From Promethearchaeota archaeon (GTDB lineage Archaea > Asgardarchaeota > Lokiarchaeia > Sigyniarchaeales > SOKP01), in contig JAHPZE010000021.1 of the NCBI GenBank assembly GCA_019058365.1, forward strand, positions 1 through 64,000: a stretch of 64,000 nucleotides of DNA, written 5' to 3'. Below the pieces are notes generated by a model that saw only the letters and a list, made by a program, of their open reading frames with translations, was not told the origin of the DNA and made no database searches. The position numbers were made by a program, and so were the translations under genes. Shown in pieces: positions 59,655-64,000 of the stretch (positions within the stretch are counted from its first letter, which is position 1; the number at the start of each line of letters is the position of its first letter).

Positions 59655-62168
59655 TTGATTAATGGTCGCTTTATAAAAAATATTTTTTTAATTTCTATTT
59701 TTTCTCTTTATTTTATGAGTTTCATTTTTTTTAAGGATATATTCTTCAATTTAATTGGATGGGAAATTTCAATTATATTGCTCTTAGGCTTTAGTGTAAT
59801 AATACTTGTATTTTTCATATTTATTAATTTAAATCATCATAAAGGTAACAAAACGCTATTTCAAATCCGATTTTTATCAGAAAATTCTATCAAATTTCTA
59901 ATTTTAATATTCTTTATGATAAATATTTTTATCTCAACTAACTTAGGCTCTAAATCAATAATATTATGGAAAAATCTAAACTTTTTAAATTATTTTAAAG
60001 CAATAATTACTATTATTGTGTGTGCTTACTTACCTGGAGCAAGCTTATTTAAAATATTTTTTCCCGATGATATTTTAAGTGAAAAATTTGGCATTGAACC
60101 AATGATATTAAAATTAACTTTTTATCCTCTCCTCTCTTTTGGTTTTCTAGGAATTTCTGTTTTATTTTTTGATCAGCTTGGATTTAACATTGTACAAATT
60201 GAGATAAATTTAGTCATAACAATTTTAGCCCTATTTTTTGTTGATATTATATTCCAAGTAAAACGTTCTAATGCGATAAATTTAAAATTGATTAATGTAA
60301 ATATTTCAAGATATAGTTTTATTATACTCTTACTAGCTTTCGGAATTTCCATAATTTCGATAGGATTTTCATTTGGATTGGAATATCTTATTTCAGGAGA
60401 TCCTTGGGACGCAATAAAATTTGCTAATCAAATTGGAGATCCTAATAAGAGTCCTCTTTTTCTTGAGAGTTATCCAAACTTTTGGGGCTACATTTCTTTT
60501 GGTTTAAGTGTTTTGAGTAGTGCACCAATTATTAATATTAATACCTTATTAGCACCCTTTAGTTATTTATTTATTACTTCTATATATCTCTTTATGAAAT
60601 CTATTTTATTCAATTTTAAAATTAAATATGCTGTGTTTTCAACAGTATTAATGTCAATTTTTTCAGGAATATTTATATATCCTCTTGTCTCATCATTAAT
60701 TTTTGTGAGTGAGTACTACTTTATTTATAAAAGTTATTCATATTTCCTATTTTTTAATAGTTTAGCATTATTTATTGCGGCTACTAATAATAAATCCTAT
60801 AAGAGTTTAAAAATTGGGAAGTTTTTTAAAACTACGGAATTTAAAATGATTTTTTTTGCATCATTCTTTTTAATATTAAGCTTAATGACTTATATGTTCC
60901 CCTTATTGATAAGTATTATTTTTTTATTAATATATTGTTTGTTCTCGGATAGTAATAGAAAGTTCCTGAATTTCAATTATTTAATTCTTCTTACATTAAT
61001 GATAGCTGGTTTTTTATTAGTCTTTGATGTTTTCTTAAATTTTTATCTTAGTTATAATATAATTGAATGGCTCAATTTATTTTTTACTCGTAGTAATGAG
61101 TTCACAAAAATCAGTATTTTTATTAGACCATTATTAATTTATCCAGTATTTTTACTGTTTATCTTCATTATATACATTTTAAATAAGGTTTTTTTTAAAG
61201 AAATTGCGGAAAAAAATGAAAAGAGTAAAATGAAATTTAATAAATCTAAATTATATAAAATAGTTTTAGTTACATTAACAATTTTTTTTTTGATAGAACT
61301 GTTTTTTGGTATTTTTGAGTTAATTTTTTTAGACGTTAATTTAAGTGATAATTTTTTCTTCTTTTTGATTTTAGATAAATTTTTTTTGAATATTGGACTT
61401 ATTGGAATTTCTGGTATTTATCTATCTTATTATTGTTTTAAAAAAAATAAAAATCTATACTTCAATTTACTTTTCTGGATTCTTATTTCATATATTTTCG
61501 CACTTTTAATAATTTTTCTCGAAATGATTATTAATTTCCCTTTATCACCAGAAAGTATTCCAGAAAGCAATAATCAATATATGATTCATTGGTTCAATAG
61601 AATTTGGTTCTATTCAATTCCACCCTTATGTATTTTTGCTTGTATTGGAATATTTGAATTTATTAAGAAAATCAGAAAAATCGAGTTTTTTCAGAGAAGA
61701 AATAAATCGTTTAAAATCTTAATAAAGAATTTATCTTTAATTAGTATTTTATATCTTTCTTTTTCAGGAATTATTATAACAGGAGTAATCTATGGGAATA
61801 AAAATTTTAGATATTCTAATAATCAAATTAAGACTCTCGAGTGGGTTTCAGAAAATATCCCAATTCATAAAGGGGTAGTTGTAGGTGATAATTTTTTTAT
61901 GGGGGTTGGTGTGGATTCAATAACTTTTGTTAGACAATATTTTTTTTATGATATTTTTGAAGAAGATTTTAATGAAACTCAGTGTATAGAACAAATCGAA
62001 TATTTAAAAAATGAAACAATTCAATATGCGGTAATCTCGCAGTTCTTTATATCTTATTATCTTAACAAATCAGATTTTACTAATAATATTTTAATTCCTC
62101 AGTTTTACAACATTACTTTGTATCAGGAAGGAGGTCTATCAGTACATTATGCCCCATATTTTGATTAA
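59655..62168 (+). CDS. Polytopic membrane protein, putative GT-C fold (paralog 3)
   Basis: YLPG, GDPW, FWGYIS, WFNRIWFY, WVSENIP; colinear with 47019-50126 but lacking the beta insert. Confidence 0.72.
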   Translation: MINGRFIKNIFLISIFSLYFMSFIFFKDIFFNLIGWEISIILLLGFSVIILVFFIFINLNHHKGNKTLFQIRFLSENSIKFLILIFFMINIFISTNLGSKSIILWKNLNFLNYFKAIITIIVCAYLPGASLFKIFFPDDILSEKFGIEPMILKLTFYPLLSFGFLGISVLFFDQLGFNIVQIEINLVITILALFFVDIIFQVKRSNAINLKLINVNISRYSFIILLLAFGISIISIGFSFGLEYLISGDPWDAIKFANQIGDPNKSPLFLESYPNFWGYISFGLSVLSSAPIININTLLAPFSYLFITSIYLFMKSILFNFKIKYAVFSTVLMSIFSGIFIYPLVSSLIFVSEYYFIYKSYSYFLFFNSLALFIAATNNKSYKSLKIGKFFKTTEFKMIFFASFFLILSLMTYMFPLLISIIFLLIYCLFSDSNRKFLNFNYLILLTLMIAGFLLVFDVFLNFYLSYNIIEWLNLFFTRSNEFTKISIFIRPLLIYPVFLLFIFIIYILNKVFFKEIAEKNEKSKMKFNKSKLYKIVLVTLTIFFLIELFFGIFELIFLDVNLSDNFFFFLILDKFFLNIGLIGISGIYLSYYCFKKNKNLYFNLLFWILISYIFALLIIFLEMIINFPLSPESIPESNNQYMIHWFNRIWFYSIPPLCIFACIGIFEFIKKIRKIEFFQRRNKSFKILIKNLSLISILYLSFSGIIITGVIYGNKNFRYSNNQIKTLEWVSENIPIHKGVVVGDNFFMGVGVDSITFVRQYFFYDIFEEDFNETQCIEQIEYLKNETIQYAVISQFFISYYLNKSDFTNNILIPQFYNITLYQEGGLSVHYAPYFD

Positions 62169-62185
62169 GCTTTTAATTCGAAAGA

Positions 62186-62833
62186 TCAGTTTAATGATTT
62201 TCCCGGCCCAAAAGGCCGTAATCTAGCAATTCTACGTTCAATTCCCGCAATATCCGAGACACCATGGAATCTATATCTAAGGGTGTTTATAGAAATAACA
62301 AAGCCTATAATTGTTATTTTTTCAATAGTCTGATTTACAAATTCTATGGAATAGTAGTTAAAAGAATTTAGATGCAATTTTCGGGTTAACGAGTTCTTTC
62401 CATTCACTTTTTTGACTCTTGCTATCAATTCATCATCAGAAATATTTATAATTTCATAATTCCAATGCCTAAAATCACCCACAGCAGTATAATCTGTATT
62501 TCCAAAGCTATTTTCAATATAAATTTTTGAAATCGGAAAGAGTGATTTTTTCTTTTTGATTTTACCGATTATGTTATTAGTTTTATCTTTTAAATATTGT
62601 CTTTTATAAAAAGAACTTTTCTTATCTTCAATTACAATAATTTTATTGTTAATTAAATCCTGAATTTTTAACTTTTTATTTGGATTAAAGAAAGGTATGA
62701 ATATTTTACCAATAATTTGGCCTAATTCATTTATAATATCTTCGCTTCCAAAATTTTCGAATTGCTTTTTTAAAATAGCGAAGTTATAATCAGCTCGAGA
62801 TTTTTCTTTTAAAATCATGCTTGATTTCCTCAA
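62186..62833 (-). CDS. LURP1/tubby-like (scramblase-fold) protein
   Basis: IGKIKKK...Y...GDF..WNYEI...IARV.K...YSIE, then a hydrophobic terminal helix: LURP-one-like beta-barrel pattern. Confidence 0.6.
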   Translation of the reverse strand: MRKSSMILKEKSRADYNFAILKKQFENFGSEDIINELGQIIGKIFIPFFNPNKKLKIQDLINNKIIVIEDKKSSFYKRQYLKDKTNNIIGKIKKKKSLFPISKIYIENSFGNTDYTAVGDFRHWNYEIINISDDELIARVKKVNGKNSLTRKLHLNSFNYYSIEFVNQTIEKITIIGFVISINTLRYRFHGVSDIAGIERRIARLRPFGPGKSLN

Positions 62834-62967
62834 CGAAATTTCGGAATTCTTGCCAATTGTGTACTTTTAATTTTGATAAATCTTTTGAAACAATTATATA
62901 AACATTTGATCATAATAATTTTAATTTAAGATCTTTAAACCAACATGAGTTAAGAATAATTCTAGAT

Positions 62968-64000
62968 ATGAAAATATTAATAATCAATTTACCAAGATTT
63001 CAAGGGTCCTCGGTTACTCGTGAGGGACGTTGCGAATTTGTGTGTAATTACCGTGTCGACACACCAGCAACATTATTAATAATAGCTTCTTTATTAAGAA
63101 ACCAAAGATATCAGATCGATTTCATAGATGCTAATGCTCGAAATTTAGATTATTCATTTATACGAAATTTATTAAAAAATAAGAATCCCGATTGTGTAAT
63201 ATTTACTTTTAATTCTTGGATAATTGATTACGATTTAAGAATTTGCGAGATTGCAAAAAATATAAATCCAAACTGTAAAACAATAGGGTATTCTTGGTTT
63301 GCGAAGAACCATTCAATGGAAATTTTATCAAGATTTACAAATTTAGATATTCAAATAATTGAAGATCCGTTTTCTATGATTGAAAGTTTAATAGACTGTT
63401 TAACTAAAAGAGGAAATCTCGGGAAAATTGGAGGATTTGCGTATAGAGATAATAATAATGAAATAAGAATAAATAGAAAATTGAACTATGAAAAAGACTT
63501 TAGAGAATTACCCTTACCATCATATAACTTAATAGAATCCTTTAAACCTTATTATTTATATACTCCTTTATTAAAGCCATATGCATTAGTTTATGCTGGT
63601 AAAGGGTGCCCCTATAGCTGTGTTTATTGCCCTGATGCTAATACAAAATATAGTGGGCGCTCAGCAAAAGATATTGTGGAAGAATTAAAAGTTTTAAAAA
63701 AGTTAGGAAAAATAAAATACGTTTGGTTTTATGACCAAGTTTTTACTATCAATCGAAAGCGAATAATCGAGTTCTGTAAAAAGTTGATTAAGGAAAATCT
63801 TAAAATTAATTGGTTTTGTGATACAAGAGCAGATTTGGTTGATCTAAACCTCTTAAAAATAATGAAAGCAGCGGGTTGTATAGGGGTTGCTTACGGTATA
63901 GAATCAGGATCTCAAAAAATTTTAAATAATATGAAAAAATCAATCACAATTTCTCAAGCAGTTAAGGCTTTAAACTGGACTAGAAAAGCAAGAATCCCCC
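62968..64000 (+). CDS. B12-binding radical SAM protein (class B/HpnJ-like), truncated by window end
   Basis: Not in the ORF track. Reads MKILIINLPRF...TREGRC, IDANA, LPLP, KGCPYSCVYC, TRAD, MKAAGC, GIESGSQ. Confidence 0.88.
   Translation, partial: MKILIINLPRFQGSSVTREGRCEFVCNYRVDTPATLLIIASLLRNQRYQIDFIDANARNLDYSFIRNLLKNKNPDCVIFTFNSWIIDYDLRICEIAKNINPNCKTIGYSWFAKNHSMEILSRFTNLDIQIIEDPFSMIESLIDCLTKRGNLGKIGGFAYRDNNNEIRINRKLNYEKDFRELPLPSYNLIESFKPYYLYTPLLKPYALVYAGKGCPYSCVYCPDANTKYSGRSAKDIVEELKVLKKLGKIKYVWFYDQVFTINRKRIIEFCKKLIKENLKINWFCDTRADLVDLNLLKIMKAAGCIGVAYGIESGSQKILNNMKKSITISQAVKALNWTRKARIP

Overview
AT-rich archaeal genomic DNA, most consistent with an Asgard archaeon of the Lokiarchaeia type. 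This is inferred from a eukaryotic-type E1 and E2, a Rab-like GTPase, a roadblock plus longin-GTPase pair, GGTGA-type ribosome-binding motifs and an intron-containing C1-G72 tRNA-Tyr. The first ~23.5 kb mixes housekeeping genes with eukaryotic-signature genes: a CoiA-like nuclease, HDAC/AcuC, a PDCD5-like protein, a tRNA-Tyr with two introns, E2, a HAD hydrolase, a methyltransferase, E1, a 2127-aa protein of 18 MIT/TPR-like repeats with charged helical linkers, a RACo-type ASKHA protein, a Rab-like GTPase, aspartate kinase, a PHP hydrolase, an MFS remnant, the roadblock/longin-GTPase pair and UPF0280. From ~23.5 kb to ~62 kb lies a large surface-glycosylation locus. It holds three GT-C/AglB-like membrane proteins, two Wzx flippases, many GT4/GT2 enzymes, nucleotide-sugar epimerases, WecB, methyltransferases, a radical SAM/SPASM enzyme, a GT4-AlkP-sqdB-thioredoxin cassette and two decayed epimerase remnants. 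The window ends with a LURP1/tubby-like gene and a B12-radical SAM gene cut by the window edge. No CRISPR array, rRNA or recognisable transposase was seen. All family calls come from reading motifs by eye; no searches were run.
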